Of a DNA stretch of 64,000 nt, positions 1 through 10,253 are shown one piece after another (within the stretch, counting starts at the first letter, position 1; every line of letters begins with the position of its first letter). The notes under the pieces were generated by a model. It worked only from the letters and a program-made list of their open reading frames with translations. It ran no database searches and was not told the origin of the DNA. A program made the position numbers and the translations under genes. The DNA comes from Candidatus Zhuqueibacterota bacterium (lineage in GTDB: Bacteria; Zhuqueibacterota; Zhuqueibacteria; Thermofontimicrobiales; Thermofontimicrobiaceae), in assembly GCA_049322915.1 (NCBI GenBank), contig JBMOPW010000014.1, forward strand, positions 541,527-605,526, written 5' to 3'.

Positions 1-544
1 CCAGCGCAGCATCGTCTCCAACTTGAATTGCCTCTGTGTTCACCCAGTCATTTTACAAACCCCGTTCCATAAAAGTGGAGGTCATCCGCGGTCAGGCGCA
101 TTGCCTCCGAATTTCAGCGGACTCAGAAATTGCTCAAAATGTTGTGGAATGATTTTTCTCGACATACAAGATATTGAAAGCAGCCGGCAGAGGTGAAGGG
201 TCGTCGGGAATTCATGCCTGTTTTTTGATCTGAAAAATCACCTTTCTGTCCCTGTGCGTACAGAAAAAGTGTACGCCGCAGGCCGGTTCGGTTCAATTCT
301 CATGGCGCGGGACCATTGGCATTGTCGGGCGCCGGGATTTTGTGTCAGGCCGGAGTGGCTTTGAAAAACGCCCGAAAGAAGCTCTGTCCGTTGGTGAAGG
401 AAGTTAAAATCATCAATGACAATTCTTAGATTGGATGCGCCGACATCGTTTGATTTCAGTCCGCCGCTGTGTGGCGTGGGCGAAAATTATGAAAATACTT
501 CTTGTCAGAGAAAAAAAGTTATAGTATATTTCGATCTTTCAAAA

Positions 545-1960
545 ATGCGCGGAACCAGGGTGGATAAATTGGAAAAAAAATTAGTCAAACAGTTGAGAAA
601 AATATGCGGCGCGGACAAAGTGCTGACCGATTACCGCGACCGTGTATTTTATCAGTACGATGCGTCACTGGAAACCGGATTGCCGGATGCGGTTGTCTTT
701 CCTGAGAGCACGGGGCAGGTTGCTGAAGTCGTGAAATTGTGTCGCGAGCGAAATGTGCCGCTGGTGGCTCGCGGTTCCGGGACAAATTTGAGCGGTGGCT
801 CCGTGGCGATCTGGGGCGGAATTATCCTCCAGCTCTCCAGGATGAACCGAATTCTGGAAATCGATGTGGCGAATCACTGCGCTGTGGTGGAAGCCGGCGT
901 CTACAATCAGGATCTGCAGGATGCGCTGGCGCCGCACGGATTTTACTTCGCCCCGGACCCGGCCAGCATGCGCGTTTCTACGATTGGCGGCAACATCGCT
1001 GAGAATGCCGGCGGTCCGCACTGTCTGAAATACGGCGTGACGTTCAATCATGTCCTCGGGATGGAACTCGTCACCTCAGACGGGGAGGTGATTCAGCTCG
1101 GCGGCAAGGCGTACGACTATCCCGGCTACGATCTGATGGGTTTGCTCATTGGTTCGGAAGGCACGCTGGGCATTATCACACAGGCCACGCTGAAAATTAT
1201 TCCGCTGCCGGAGAACGTTAAAACCATGCTGGCCATTTTCAACAGCATGGAACAGGCGGCGCACACCGTGACCGATATTATTGCCCGCGGCATCATTCCG
1301 GCCACGCTGGAGATGATGGACAAGCCGATCATTCAGACCGTGGAAGCGACCCATCACCTGGGCTATCCGGCAGACGCCGAGGCCATTTTGTTGCTGGAAT
1401 TGGACGGCCCGGCGGTCGGCATGGATGATCAGGCCGAGGAGATCATGGCCATTTGTCGGCAAAACGGATCCCGAAGCATTGAAGTAGCCCAAACCTCTCG
1501 GCAGCGCGATTCCCTCTGGCAGGGGCGCCGGCTTTCGTTTGGTTCGCTGGCCATGCTTGAGCCATCCATCATGATCGCCGATGGCACAGTCCCCCGCAGC
1601 AAGGTGCCGGCGGTTCTGACCAAAGTGATGGAAATCTGCAATCGATATAACCTCAAGGTCGGCAATGTCTTTCATGCCGGCGATGGCAATCTCCATCCGT
1701 TCATTGTTTTTGATGATCGCAACGCGACAGAAAAAGCGAAAGTCATACGGGCCAGTGAAGAAATTCTCGAAGAGTGCATTCGGGTGGGCGGCACAATCAG
1801 CGGAGAGCACGGGATTGGGCTGGAGAAAAAGCCATCCATGAAGGTGCTTTTTAACGGGACAGAACTCCGGGCGATGCAACAGATGAAGCAGGTATTCGAT
1901 CCGGAGGATTTTCTCAATCCCAATAAAATTTTCCCGGTAACTGAGAAAGATAGTATTTAA
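545..1960 (+). CDS. glcD: FAD-linked oxidase, glycolate oxidase subunit GlcD-like
   Basis: Motifs RGSGTNLSGG, PDPAS..STIGGNIAENAGG, GSEGTLG, FHAGDGNLHP, GEHGIG. Start trimmed from ORF 416 to ATG 545 (GTG 560 also possible). Confidence 0.88.
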   Translation: MRGTRVDKLEKKLVKQLRKICGADKVLTDYRDRVFYQYDASLETGLPDAVVFPESTGQVAEVVKLCRERNVPLVARGSGTNLSGGSVAIWGGIILQLSRMNRILEIDVANHCAVVEAGVYNQDLQDALAPHGFYFAPDPASMRVSTIGGNIAENAGGPHCLKYGVTFNHVLGMELVTSDGEVIQLGGKAYDYPGYDLMGLLIGSEGTLGIITQATLKIIPLPENVKTMLAIFNSMEQAAHTVTDIIARGIIPATLEMMDKPIIQTVEATHHLGYPADAEAILLLELDGPAVGMDDQAEEIMAICRQNGSRSIEVAQTSRQRDSLWQGRRLSFGSLAMLEPSIMIADGTVPRSKVPAVLTKVMEICNRYNLKVGNVFHAGDGNLHPFIVFDDRNATEKAKVIRASEEILEECIRVGGTISGEHGIGLEKKPSMKVLFNGTELRAMQQMKQVFDPEDFLNPNKIFPVTEKDSI

Positions 1961-2117
1961 CCTGAATTATTCATGAATTCTACAATAGCCCAACTTAACA
2001 TTATGTTTTCATAATGTGTGAATGTGTATGCAAAATCAAACTCAGTTTTATATTCGAATTTTAAATTTATGCACCATTCAGGTTATCCCGCTTCCTTTAA
2101 AAATACAATGAATAATG
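1958..2117. mobile_element. MITE-like non-autonomous element, copy 1
   Basis: 1958-2085 (128 bp) is bounded by TAACCTGAAT/ATTCAGGTTA. An inverted homologous copy of the same length is at 39658-39785, and homology continues about 30 bp further (CCTTTAAAAATAC.ATGAATAATG). Confidence 0.7.
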
Positions 2118-2384
2118 GTAACCGATCACAGGGATTGAATGTTGTCAGGAGTTTTATTGACAGGATAACAGGATCGAAAGGATTTACAGGATAAATTTCT
2201 GGCGTTTTATGTCTAATAAACATAGACAATGGCTTCTCTGATAGCCTTGCCTGTTTCTTGAACAAAGATCACTTGACTATCAGACCCGTGCCTTGATCAA
2301 CGAGACAAAAACCTAGATCAATTATCCTGTCCATCCTTAACATCCTGTTATCCTGTCAGCTTTTGCATCCCTGTGATCGGTTAC
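2118..2384. mobile_element. MITE-like element with 18-bp perfect terminal inverted repeats and a nested internal inverted repeat
   Basis: GTAACCGATCACAGGGAT (2118-2135) / ATCCCTGTGATCGGTTAC (2367-2384); internal TGACAGGATAACAGGAT (2158-2174) / ATCCTGTTATCCTGTCA (2342-2358). Confidence 0.75.
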
Positions 2385-2447
2385 AACGGATGCACGCCTG
2401 GTCCCGAAACGAAAACATCGTGCTGAAATTAAGGTGATCTAACAAAT

Positions 2448-3782
2448 ATGGGTGAAAGAGTGATTCCCCAAAGCGGACATAGTGATAGAATCAGTACCCC
2501 GGAGGAACTGGCCAGATTTGAAATCGCGGGCAGAGCCGCATCGCAGTTGCTCTACCCTGAGGATAATGCGCAGGTCGCTGAAATATTGACCGCAGCGACC
2601 CGGGAAGGCAGAAAAGTGCTCATCGCCGGGAACAACAGCCAGCGCGATATTGGCGCCGCGATCGAGCGACCTGACTGGGTCATTTCCGTGACGAAAATGA
2701 ACTCGGTCGTAGAACATGATGTGGCGGATCTCATTGTCACGGTTCAGGCCGGCGCGCGACTGCCGTTCATGCAGAATTATCTCAGAAAATCGAATCAGCA
2801 ATTGTCACTGGAAATCCCTGGAGCGGAGGCCCGCACACTCGGAGGTATTGTGGCGACGAACAGTCCGAATGTCTGGCATTCTAGCTACGGCGGCTGTCGC
2901 GATTCAGTCCTGGGTATGAAAGTTGTCTTGCCCGATGGAAGTCTGATCCGCGCCGGGGGCAAGACGGTGAAAAATGTCGCCGGCTATGATTTGAGCAAGC
3001 TTTTCATCGGCACGTTCGGCACGCTGGGTGCGATTACTGAAGTCACCTTCAAATTGTCGCCCATCCCGGCCAGCCGTCAATCGCTCATCGTGGCGTTCGA
3101 TCAGGTTGCTGACGCGTTTTCATTTTCTCAAAAAATTTCCGCAATGAATTTTATAATCAGTCGATATGAATATTATAATCGCGCCTGCGCAGCGACAAAG
3201 TTGAAAGGTCTGATTTCCTCGCCGCAACAACATGGGGTGATTCTGACTGTGATCGGCCATCCGGCCATGGTGCAGGACAGCTCCGGTCGAATCAGAGACA
3301 TTGCCTCCGGGCATGGCGCTGTGGCTGTTCGCGCCATGACCGGGAGCGAGGAAGAATTCCTGCCGAAGCGAATTGCTGAAAATGGAATCACCTCCCACGA
3401 AGCGAATGTCAGGTTCAGCGTGCGCATCAGCGTTCCCAAAGCGAAACTGGCCGAGGCGGCGGCGGTCATCGAAGAGTTCGCCGGACAGCAGAATCTGACC
3501 GCGGCCATCCAGGCTCACATGTTCAGCGGCGTTCTGGACGCTGCATTTACGGCGCAGGAGGTGACTGGTGCTATTTTTCAGCCAATCTACCTGGAGTCGA
3601 TCCGGGAGAAAATCGCTGCGCTGCACGGATCGGTGACCGGGCTGCTCCTGCCTCTGGAACATCGAACGCCGGAGATGGTCTGGGGAAAGACCGGCGGTCA
3701 TTTCGGGCTGATGGCCGCAATCAAAAAGAAATACGACCCGAATGGCATTTTGGTCGCCGGCAGATTCGTCGGCGGGCTGTGA
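2448..3782 (+). CDS. glcE: FAD-binding oxidoreductase, GlcE-like
   Basis: RTLGGIVATN, GGKTVKNVAGYDLSKLFIGTFGTLG, C-terminal KKKYDPNGIL..GRF; lies between glcD and glcF. Confidence 0.82.
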   Translation: MGERVIPQSGHSDRISTPEELARFEIAGRAASQLLYPEDNAQVAEILTAATREGRKVLIAGNNSQRDIGAAIERPDWVISVTKMNSVVEHDVADLIVTVQAGARLPFMQNYLRKSNQQLSLEIPGAEARTLGGIVATNSPNVWHSSYGGCRDSVLGMKVVLPDGSLIRAGGKTVKNVAGYDLSKLFIGTFGTLGAITEVTFKLSPIPASRQSLIVAFDQVADAFSFSQKISAMNFIISRYEYYNRACAATKLKGLISSPQQHGVILTVIGHPAMVQDSSGRIRDIASGHGAVAVRAMTGSEEEFLPKRIAENGITSHEANVRFSVRISVPKAKLAEAAAVIEEFAGQQNLTAAIQAHMFSGVLDAAFTAQEVTGAIFQPIYLESIREKIAALHGSVTGLLLPLEHRTPEMVWGKTGGHFGLMAAIKKKYDPNGILVAGRFVGGL

Positions 3783-4009
3783 CAGGTCACCGATGAATTC
3801 GGGCACAATGGCCTTTTCGCTAGATTGAAAAGAGAGCCCTGTTTTCGAAGAGCGGACTTCAGGTTCTTTGTAATAATGGCCCACATTAGCATTTCTAAAA
3901 TCACCCGAACCGTGAGCGATATTTCTGAAATACCTTACGAATAAGCAACACGATAAATCAACTGGTATCCATTACCGAACAATTGAACTGCAATCGAGGA
4001 GCTTCAGCT

Positions 4010-4732
4010 ATGGGAAACAAAATCAGGATTATGGTATTGGTTTTTTTGATGTTTAGTTCGATGCATCTTTTCGCTCAGTCGTTTGAAGGGAGCATTTCTC
4101 AGAAAGAGACCAACAAAATGGTCGGAGAAGAACCCGATGTCACGATGAGTACGGTTCACGTGAAAAATAATATGATCTGTATGGAAGACGGCAAGGGCAA
4201 TTCCTATATCGTCCGTCCCGAGAAAAATGTCATGTGGCTGGTGTTGAACGAGCAGAAGGCGTATGTTGAAATGGATTTCGATTCATCCATGCCCAGGGAC
4301 ATTCCCGACGATATAGTGGAAGAAGACGAAGTGAAGCCAACTCTGAAGAAAACCGGTGTGACGAAAATGATCAATGGCTTTCAATGCGAACAGGTGATTG
4401 AAAGCAATGAAACCGGAAATGAGGTTGCTGAGTACTGGGTCACAAACAAGAAGTCGCTCAAAGAAGTGCTCATCTCCCTTTCGAACGTCATGGCGAATGT
4501 CATTGGCGATGATTCCGAGTCCGGGGTCCACGGGAATGCATCTGAGTTGGACGGCATCCCGATTTTGACAATCACGCGGTTCTTCGATTCGGAAAACATC
4601 AGCGAGATTTTGAGCATCGTTGAAAAACCGGTTCCGGATGACAAATTCAATATCCCGGCCGGCTATAAAAAAATCACGCTGGAGGATATGATCCGGAAAG
4701 AGATGGAAGACATGAGCAAATTTGATGGCTAA
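4010..4732 (+). CDS. Exported DUF4412-like protein
   Basis: Signal peptide; KKTG.TKMINGFQCEQ and PVPDDKFNIPAGYKK motifs typical of DUF4412. ATG 4010 follows GAGGAG. Confidence 0.65.
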   Translation: MGNKIRIMVLVFLMFSSMHLFAQSFEGSISQKETNKMVGEEPDVTMSTVHVKNNMICMEDGKGNSYIVRPEKNVMWLVLNEQKAYVEMDFDSSMPRDIPDDIVEEDEVKPTLKKTGVTKMINGFQCEQVIESNETGNEVAEYWVTNKKSLKEVLISLSNVMANVIGDDSESGVHGNASELDGIPILTITRFFDSENISEILSIVEKPVPDDKFNIPAGYKKITLEDMIRKEMEDMSKFDG

Positions 4733-4878
4733 TCCTAATCCATGGATCATGTCGTGAAATATTTTTTGCCCTTTGTAGTAATTTGATTTTGGGAAATACA
4801 AATGAGCATTTCAGAGGTGCTGGTTTTTCGGGAGAACGAAATTTTTCCATCCATTGGAGTTTTGCCGCGAGAGAAGAA

Positions 4879-6153
4879 ATGACCGAACGCGAACTGGAAA
4901 TTTTAGGGGAGCAAGCGTATCAGGAGGCGATCCGTTGCATTCGCTGCGGGTATTGTCAACCGACCTGTCCGACATACGTTGTGACCGGCATCGAGCATTC
5001 TGTGGCGCGCGGTCGGAATTATCTGGCGCGAAAGATCTACGAAAAAGAAATCCCCCTGACAAAAGATTTCAAAGATCCCATTTTCGAATGCCTGCTGTGT
5101 GGGGCATGCAACACGAACTGCGCGCCGGTGGTGAAGACGCAGCAGATCATGGCTGCGGCGCGCGCCATGTACATTCATACATTTGGCCAGCCGCCGCTGC
5201 AGCGGTTTGTTTTCAATGAACTGCTGCCAAATCCGCGACGAATGACCCGACTGATGAAACTGGCGTCGCTGGGAAAGCGTTCGGGAATATCCGGACTGGC
5301 GCAGGCATTGCGGGTGTTCAAATGGATCGGGAAGAATATTGCCAATGCCGAAGGTTTGCTTAAGACGCTGCCCGGGAAATTCCTTCGCGAACGATTGACA
5401 GAGATACAATTTCCCGCCCGGGATAGCAATTTGAAAATAGGCTATTTTGTGGGATGCGGCATCAATTACGCATTCCCCGACGTCGGGCTGGCGACGCTCC
5501 ACTATTTGACGCGAAATAAGTATTCCGTCGAAGTGCTGGAAAATCTGTGCTGCGGACTGCCTGCCTCCGGGTACGGCGACGTGGCCGCCGCAAAACGAAT
5601 GGCGCAGCGGAATATCGAAATCGTTGAAAAATCCGGCTGCGACATTGTGGTCAGTGAATGCGGAAGCTGCTCGTCGTTTCTGAGCGAGTACGTCCATCTC
5701 CTGGCCGGCGAGCCGGCTTGGGAGCGCCGCGCGCAGGAGTTCTCCAGGCGGGTCATGGACATCAATGTGTTCCTGACGCAGTTTCCGCGCGCGCGGGAAT
5801 TGAAGGCCACACAGGCTATTGTGACCTATCACGATCCGTGTCATCTGGGACATTACATGAAAATCAAGGAACAGCCGCGTCAACTGCTCCAGCAGATTGA
5901 GGGGATCGAATTTCGCGAAATGGCTGAAGCGGATTGGTGCTGCGGAGGCGCCGGTACGTACAACATCGCGCATTATGATTTGTCCATGAAAATCCTCAAA
6001 CGGAAGATTGAAAACGTGAGGCGAACCGAAGCGTCGGTGCTGACGTCGTCCTGCCCCGGGTGTTTGATTCAGCTTTCCTATGGCATCCGAAAGTACAATC
6101 ACAACGCCCAGGTGAAGCATATTATCCAGATTCTCAATGAGTCACTGGAATGA
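4879..6153 (+). CDS. glcF: Fe-S binding protein, glycolate oxidase subunit GlcF-like
   Basis: CIRCGYCQPTCP and CLLCGACNTNC ferredoxin motifs plus two CCG domains (LCCG, YHDPCHL, WCCGGAGTYN, SSCPGC). Confidence 0.85.
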   Translation: MTERELEILGEQAYQEAIRCIRCGYCQPTCPTYVVTGIEHSVARGRNYLARKIYEKEIPLTKDFKDPIFECLLCGACNTNCAPVVKTQQIMAAARAMYIHTFGQPPLQRFVFNELLPNPRRMTRLMKLASLGKRSGISGLAQALRVFKWIGKNIANAEGLLKTLPGKFLRERLTEIQFPARDSNLKIGYFVGCGINYAFPDVGLATLHYLTRNKYSVEVLENLCCGLPASGYGDVAAAKRMAQRNIEIVEKSGCDIVVSECGSCSSFLSEYVHLLAGEPAWERRAQEFSRRVMDINVFLTQFPRARELKATQAIVTYHDPCHLGHYMKIKEQPRQLLQQIEGIEFREMAEADWCCGGAGTYNIAHYDLSMKILKRKIENVRRTEASVLTSSCPGCLIQLSYGIRKYNHNAQVKHIIQILNESLE

Positions 6154-6262
6154 TGAAAATGGGACAAATAGGCAATTCGGGGTTTTGTAGTTACCTGTTT
6201 TTATGAGATTAACCCCTGTAATAATTAACAGTGAATATTTTTATTTTGTTGAAAATTTATCC

Positions 6263-6293
6263 TTGCATTTCTCAAATTAATTTTTTATCTTTG
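6263..6293 (+). promoter_or_regulatory. Putative promoter of the acidic small protein
   Basis: TTGCAT-17 bp-TATCTT; TATCTTTG also fits the Bacteroidota TAnnTTTG consensus. Confidence 0.4.
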
Positions 6294-6340
6294 CCCGTTA
6301 AATAAGAAATTTTCAGGCCTAAATATTTGAGGTTCAGACA

Positions 6341-6619
6341 ATGAAACATAACGAATTCGAAGAAATTAAAAAGGTAAATGACATGTTCAATTTCACCAAT
6401 GAAGAAGAAAATTGGGAAGAGTCTTCCTGGGAAGAGGAAGATTGGAGCGAAGAAGACGACGATGACTGGAGCGAGGAAGACGACGAAGACTGGGAAGATG
6501 AAGAAGAATGGGAAGATGATGAAGAAGAATGGGAAGACGAAGAAGAATGGTCAGACGAAGAAGAAGAATGGGAAGACGAAGAAGAATGGGAAAATGACGA
6601 CCCAATGAATTGGAATTAA
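6341..6619 (+). CDS. Small, extremely acidic Trp-periodic low-complexity protein
   Basis: 92 aa, repeated (E/D)nW units with 11 Trp; GAGG RBS upstream, own terminator downstream. Confidence 0.65.
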   Translation: MKHNEFEEIKKVNDMFNFTNEEENWEESSWEEEDWSEEDDDDWSEEDDEDWEDEEEWEDDEEEWEDEEEWSDEEEEWEDEEEWENDDPMNWN

Positions 6620-6682
6620 ACCAGGTTATCCAGGGTAGTTTGGCATATTGATAATTCAACCTTTTGTAACACATGAAAATTT

Positions 6683-6715
6683 AAAAGAAGGGCTTTGACG
6701 CCCTTCTTTTTTTTT
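6683..6715 (+). terminator. Rho-independent terminator
   Basis: AAAAGAAGGGC-tttgac-GCCCTTCTTTT followed by a T run. Confidence 0.8.
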
Positions 6716-6957
6716 ACCTCCCCCTGAGGCAGACAGGATTCGATCCGTGAAAATGATATGCTTCTCCCGCGCCCCCCGCATCCTTGCTGTTCCAATGCAG
6801 GATCACTTCCATCTGAAAAAATACATTTCGCATGACCGGCGCTCTAATGTGTGCTGATACCGTTTCAGCAAAAATCCCGCAATACAATCCTTTGCAGAAT
6901 TAATAGTCCATTAGGCGCCATGTGTGGAAATATTATTTCATTCTCCGGATTTTTTTC

Positions 6958-6985
6958 TTGACATTTATGAATTTAATGTTATATT
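6958..6985 (+). promoter_or_regulatory. Sigma70-type promoter of the TonB locus
   Basis: TTGACA, 16-bp spacer ending TGT, TATATT (extended -10). Confidence 0.5.
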
Positions 6986-7111
6986 CTTTTAAAACCATAG
7001 TACTAAAAGGCTGGAGAGAAGCACTATGCGCATTAAAATAGAACGTGCAATTCTTGTGGTAACACATGAATTGCATTTTTTTTTCACAAGAGAAATGGAA
7101 AGGAGTGCCTA

Positions 7112-10100
7112 ATGGCTAAACTCAAATACTTCCTTTCAATTGGTTTGATCGTGTCATTCGTTTTGCCGGCGTTTCTGCTGTCCCAGACAACGGGTAAGAT
7201 CGATGGCTATGTCAAGGATAAGAAGACAGGCGATCCGCTCCCAGGCGTCAATGTGACGCTGAAAACGACGGCAATTGGAGCGGCTACCGGGGCTGATGGT
7301 TATTACTATATGATCAACGTCCCGGCCGGGGACTATACTGTCACCGCCTCCATGATGGGCTACAAAACCTATTCTGTCCAGAACGTTCAGGTGGTCATTG
7401 ATCAGACAACCCGGGTTGATTTTAGTCTGGACGAGACGGTACTGGATGTCGGTGAGGAAATTGTCGTTACGGCTGAGCGACCGCTCATCGATCCCAGTGT
7501 GACGTCCAAAGTCTCCACCATGTCTTTTGATGAAATTAAAAATATGCCGGCGGAAGATATCAGCCGGGTCCTGGCGCTGCAATCGAACATCACCGTGCTC
7601 ACCAACACCCCGTATGCGAAGAGTGGCTACAACATCAGGGGGATTGAAGACATCCGGATGCGCGGAGGACGAAACAATGAGCTTGGCTTATTCATCGATG
7701 GCATGAAAGTGGGCAATCCTCTCTTCGGCGGATTTGGCACACGGATAAACAACAACGCCGTCAACCAGATGACAGTCGCTGCCGGCGGATTCAGCCCGGA
7801 GTACGGCAATGCGTTATCCGGCGTGATCAACCTGACCACGCGCGAAGGCGGCTCCAAATTATCCGGTCAATTGGAATATGGCACGTCCGTCCCATTTGGC
7901 CTTACTGCCCTGGCGTCTCAACGGCAGGAGGAGCGAAATTATCAGAATGTGCAATTCAGCATGAACGGACCTGTGCCATTCATCCCCAATCTGTCCTTCT
8001 TCTTTTCGACAGACCTGAGTTCGGAAGCAGGTACGCTCTATGAATTCGATGATATTATCTGGGATGACAACAGAGGCGATCTCCCCACATCCGCTGAGCT
8101 ATTCCAGGATTTCATTGAGGATGGTTCCATGGATTTGATCACCAAATCCCAGGTGGAGAGCGTACTTTCGCCAGTCGATGTGGGCGGAAAGCGCCGGTTC
8201 ATCAATCCCATGGATACATGGAAGGGCTGGCACGGCATGGGCTGGGATAATAGTTTCGATTATCTGGGCAAGCTCACCTACCGCATCAGTCCCATGATAA
8301 AACTGTCTCTCAGTTTGTCCCAATCCCAGAGCTACTCCCAGATCAATGACTATCACGCCGGGTATTATTACCATTTGCCCGGAGAGTGGTACAATGTGGA
8401 TGCGAGTCCCGTGGATACCCGAACCAATATTGACCGGCTCCTGGTGAGCGAAACCAGCGGGGAGACGTATTACCTCGAATCTGGATTGCCCTTCCCGGAC
8501 GAGTTCCCCGGCAGCGGCGGCGCGTATCAGGTATGGCACAGAAACGGCTCCGGCATGGCTGCGAGAAACGTCCAGTTTCGCCAGAGCAATCGTCAGGGTC
8601 TTGTCTGGAACCATACGATAAATCCATCCAATTTCTACACCATTCGTATTCAGCGATTCTTCCAGTCGCGGCGCATCCGCGTCATCAACGATTACAATCA
8701 TGTCTATGATGAAATTTTTGGGATGAAGAATATCTTCTCACCGGACTGGGATAACATCAAACAAAAGGATCAGTACAATCATTACAGCACCTACGGCGTC
8801 CTGGATCCCTGGGAAGGTTACTTCCGGGTCCGATACGACAATGTGTATTTTGAGGGAGATTCGAGCATCACGTACGACGTTCGGCTGGACTTCACGTCGC
8901 AGATCAACCGAAATCATCAACTGAAATTTGGCGGACAATTCGTGTATTACGATCTCAGCCGCCACGATGATCAGGGTTCATCCGGCCCATCGGATCATCC
9001 GACGGTGTACCACATGTTCCCCAAAGAGGGCGCGTTGTATTTGATGGATAAAATTGAATACGGCACTGTGGTGTTGAATGCGGGTATGCGCATTGACTAC
9101 GCCAATGCTGAAGGGGAAATGTACGCGGATCCATTGGATCCCATTGGCGAACAGGATATTGAAACGCCGATGATCGAATACAACGATTTTGAACGATCAA
9201 AAAAGAAATTCAAGGTAAGCCCGAGAATTGGCATGGCCTATCCGCTCACTTCCAAATCTGTCGTTCATTTTAATTTCGGGCATTTTTATCAGACGCCCAA
9301 TTATCGGGATTTATACCGCGCAACCGGCCAAGCGCGCGAACTGACCCTCAGAAGCGGCGAACTGATGGGCAACAACAATCTGGAACATGAAAAATCCATT
9401 CAGTACGAAGTCGGTTATCAGCAACAGATCGGCGATATCTACGGGCTTAATTTGACACTGTGGTCCAAGGAGACCACCAACCAGGTTGGCTCGGTGTACG
9501 TGCCGCCCTACTCCGATCCGGGAGGCGAAAATCCATTTGGCTATTACGTCTTTTTGAATAACAATTTTGGATCTGCGCGTGGACTGGATGTGACCCTGCA
9601 GCGGCGTTATCGCGACTTCTTCTCCGGGACGCTGAATTACACCTGGTCACGAGCCCGGGTATTGAAGCAAACTTCCTGGGATGGCTACTGGGATGACGAA
9701 AGTTCCAATACCTTGCCCAAACGGGAATCCATTGCCTCCTGGGATCAGCCTCATTCCGTTCGAATCAACCTCAATTTCAGCATTCCAAAAGACGCCGGCC
9801 CCACTGTGTTCAATCAAAAAGTGCTCTCCAACTTTGGCGTGAGTCTGGTGTACTTCGGAGAAAGTGGACGCGTTTACACGCCATACATGGGCGAAGCCGG
9901 TTATCTGGAAGAGGAGAATTCAGCGCGCTGGCCGTTCTTTCACCAGTTCGATTTGCGCGCCTATAAAAATGTCGAAATCTTCGGCTTGACCTATTCCTTC
10001 TTCGCCCAGGTGCGAAACCTGTTCGATCGGCAGAATGTCATTGATGGGTATTCGCAAACCGGATCGGCGACCGATCCCGGCACTGCCAATGCCGATTATA

Positions 10101-10183
10101 GCGCAACGAGCATGGATGGCATCAGCATCAATAATTTTGGACCGCGTCGGGCAGTCACGTTTGGCGTGAGAATTCTGTGGTGA
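7112..10183 (+). CDS. TonB-dependent receptor with N-terminal carboxypeptidase-regulatory-like domain
   Basis: Signal peptide, TTGKIDGYVKDKKTGDPLPGVNV, plug motif RGGRNNE...GGFSPEYGNALSGVINLTTREG, barrel ending in aromatic W. Confidence 0.9.
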   Translation: MAKLKYFLSIGLIVSFVLPAFLLSQTTGKIDGYVKDKKTGDPLPGVNVTLKTTAIGAATGADGYYYMINVPAGDYTVTASMMGYKTYSVQNVQVVIDQTTRVDFSLDETVLDVGEEIVVTAERPLIDPSVTSKVSTMSFDEIKNMPAEDISRVLALQSNITVLTNTPYAKSGYNIRGIEDIRMRGGRNNELGLFIDGMKVGNPLFGGFGTRINNNAVNQMTVAAGGFSPEYGNALSGVINLTTREGGSKLSGQLEYGTSVPFGLTALASQRQEERNYQNVQFSMNGPVPFIPNLSFFFSTDLSSEAGTLYEFDDIIWDDNRGDLPTSAELFQDFIEDGSMDLITKSQVESVLSPVDVGGKRRFINPMDTWKGWHGMGWDNSFDYLGKLTYRISPMIKLSLSLSQSQSYSQINDYHAGYYYHLPGEWYNVDASPVDTRTNIDRLLVSETSGETYYLESGLPFPDEFPGSGGAYQVWHRNGSGMAARNVQFRQSNRQGLVWNHTINPSNFYTIRIQRFFQSRRIRVINDYNHVYDEIFGMKNIFSPDWDNIKQKDQYNHYSTYGVLDPWEGYFRVRYDNVYFEGDSSITYDVRLDFTSQINRNHQLKFGGQFVYYDLSRHDDQGSSGPSDHPTVYHMFPKEGALYLMDKIEYGTVVLNAGMRIDYANAEGEMYADPLDPIGEQDIETPMIEYNDFERSKKKFKVSPRIGMAYPLTSKSVVHFNFGHFYQTPNYRDLYRATGQARELTLRSGELMGNNNLEHEKSIQYEVGYQQQIGDIYGLNLTLWSKETTNQVGSVYVPPYSDPGGENPFGYYVFLNNNFGSARGLDVTLQRRYRDFFSGTLNYTWSRARVLKQTSWDGYWDDESSNTLPKRESIASWDQPHSVRINLNFSIPKDAGPTVFNQKVLSNFGVSLVYFGESGRVYTPYMGEAGYLEEENSARWPFFHQFDLRAYKNVEIFGLTYSFFAQVRNLFDRQNVIDGYSQTGSATDPGTANADYSATSMDGISINNFGPRRAVTFGVRILW

Positions 10184-10253
10184 ACAGCCTGTTGGACCAT
10201 GCAGCCAGGTGAGGTTTGGAGATTAGCAAGAACAGAAAAATTGGAGACTTGAA

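Noticed and set aside
1..90. Possible 5' end of a minus-strand gene at the window edge
   Set aside because: Too short to support a call.
3905..3915. CCCGAACCGTG shared with 31787-31797
   Set aside because: An 11-bp match is plausible by chance in 64 kb and I could not extend it convincingly.
4903..6120. Long antisense ORFs (this one, 1076-1879, 20175-21092, 57391-57972 and similar)
   Set aside because: Shadow frames opposite well-supported genes.
6400..6600. Repeated GAAGAAGAATGG units as a CRISPR array
   Set aside because: No unique spacers; these are coding low-complexity repeats. No CRISPR array or cas gene was seen in the window.
6341..6715. Trp-rich ORF plus terminator as a trp attenuator leader
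   Set aside because: Too long, no tandem Trp codons, and no trp genes downstream.
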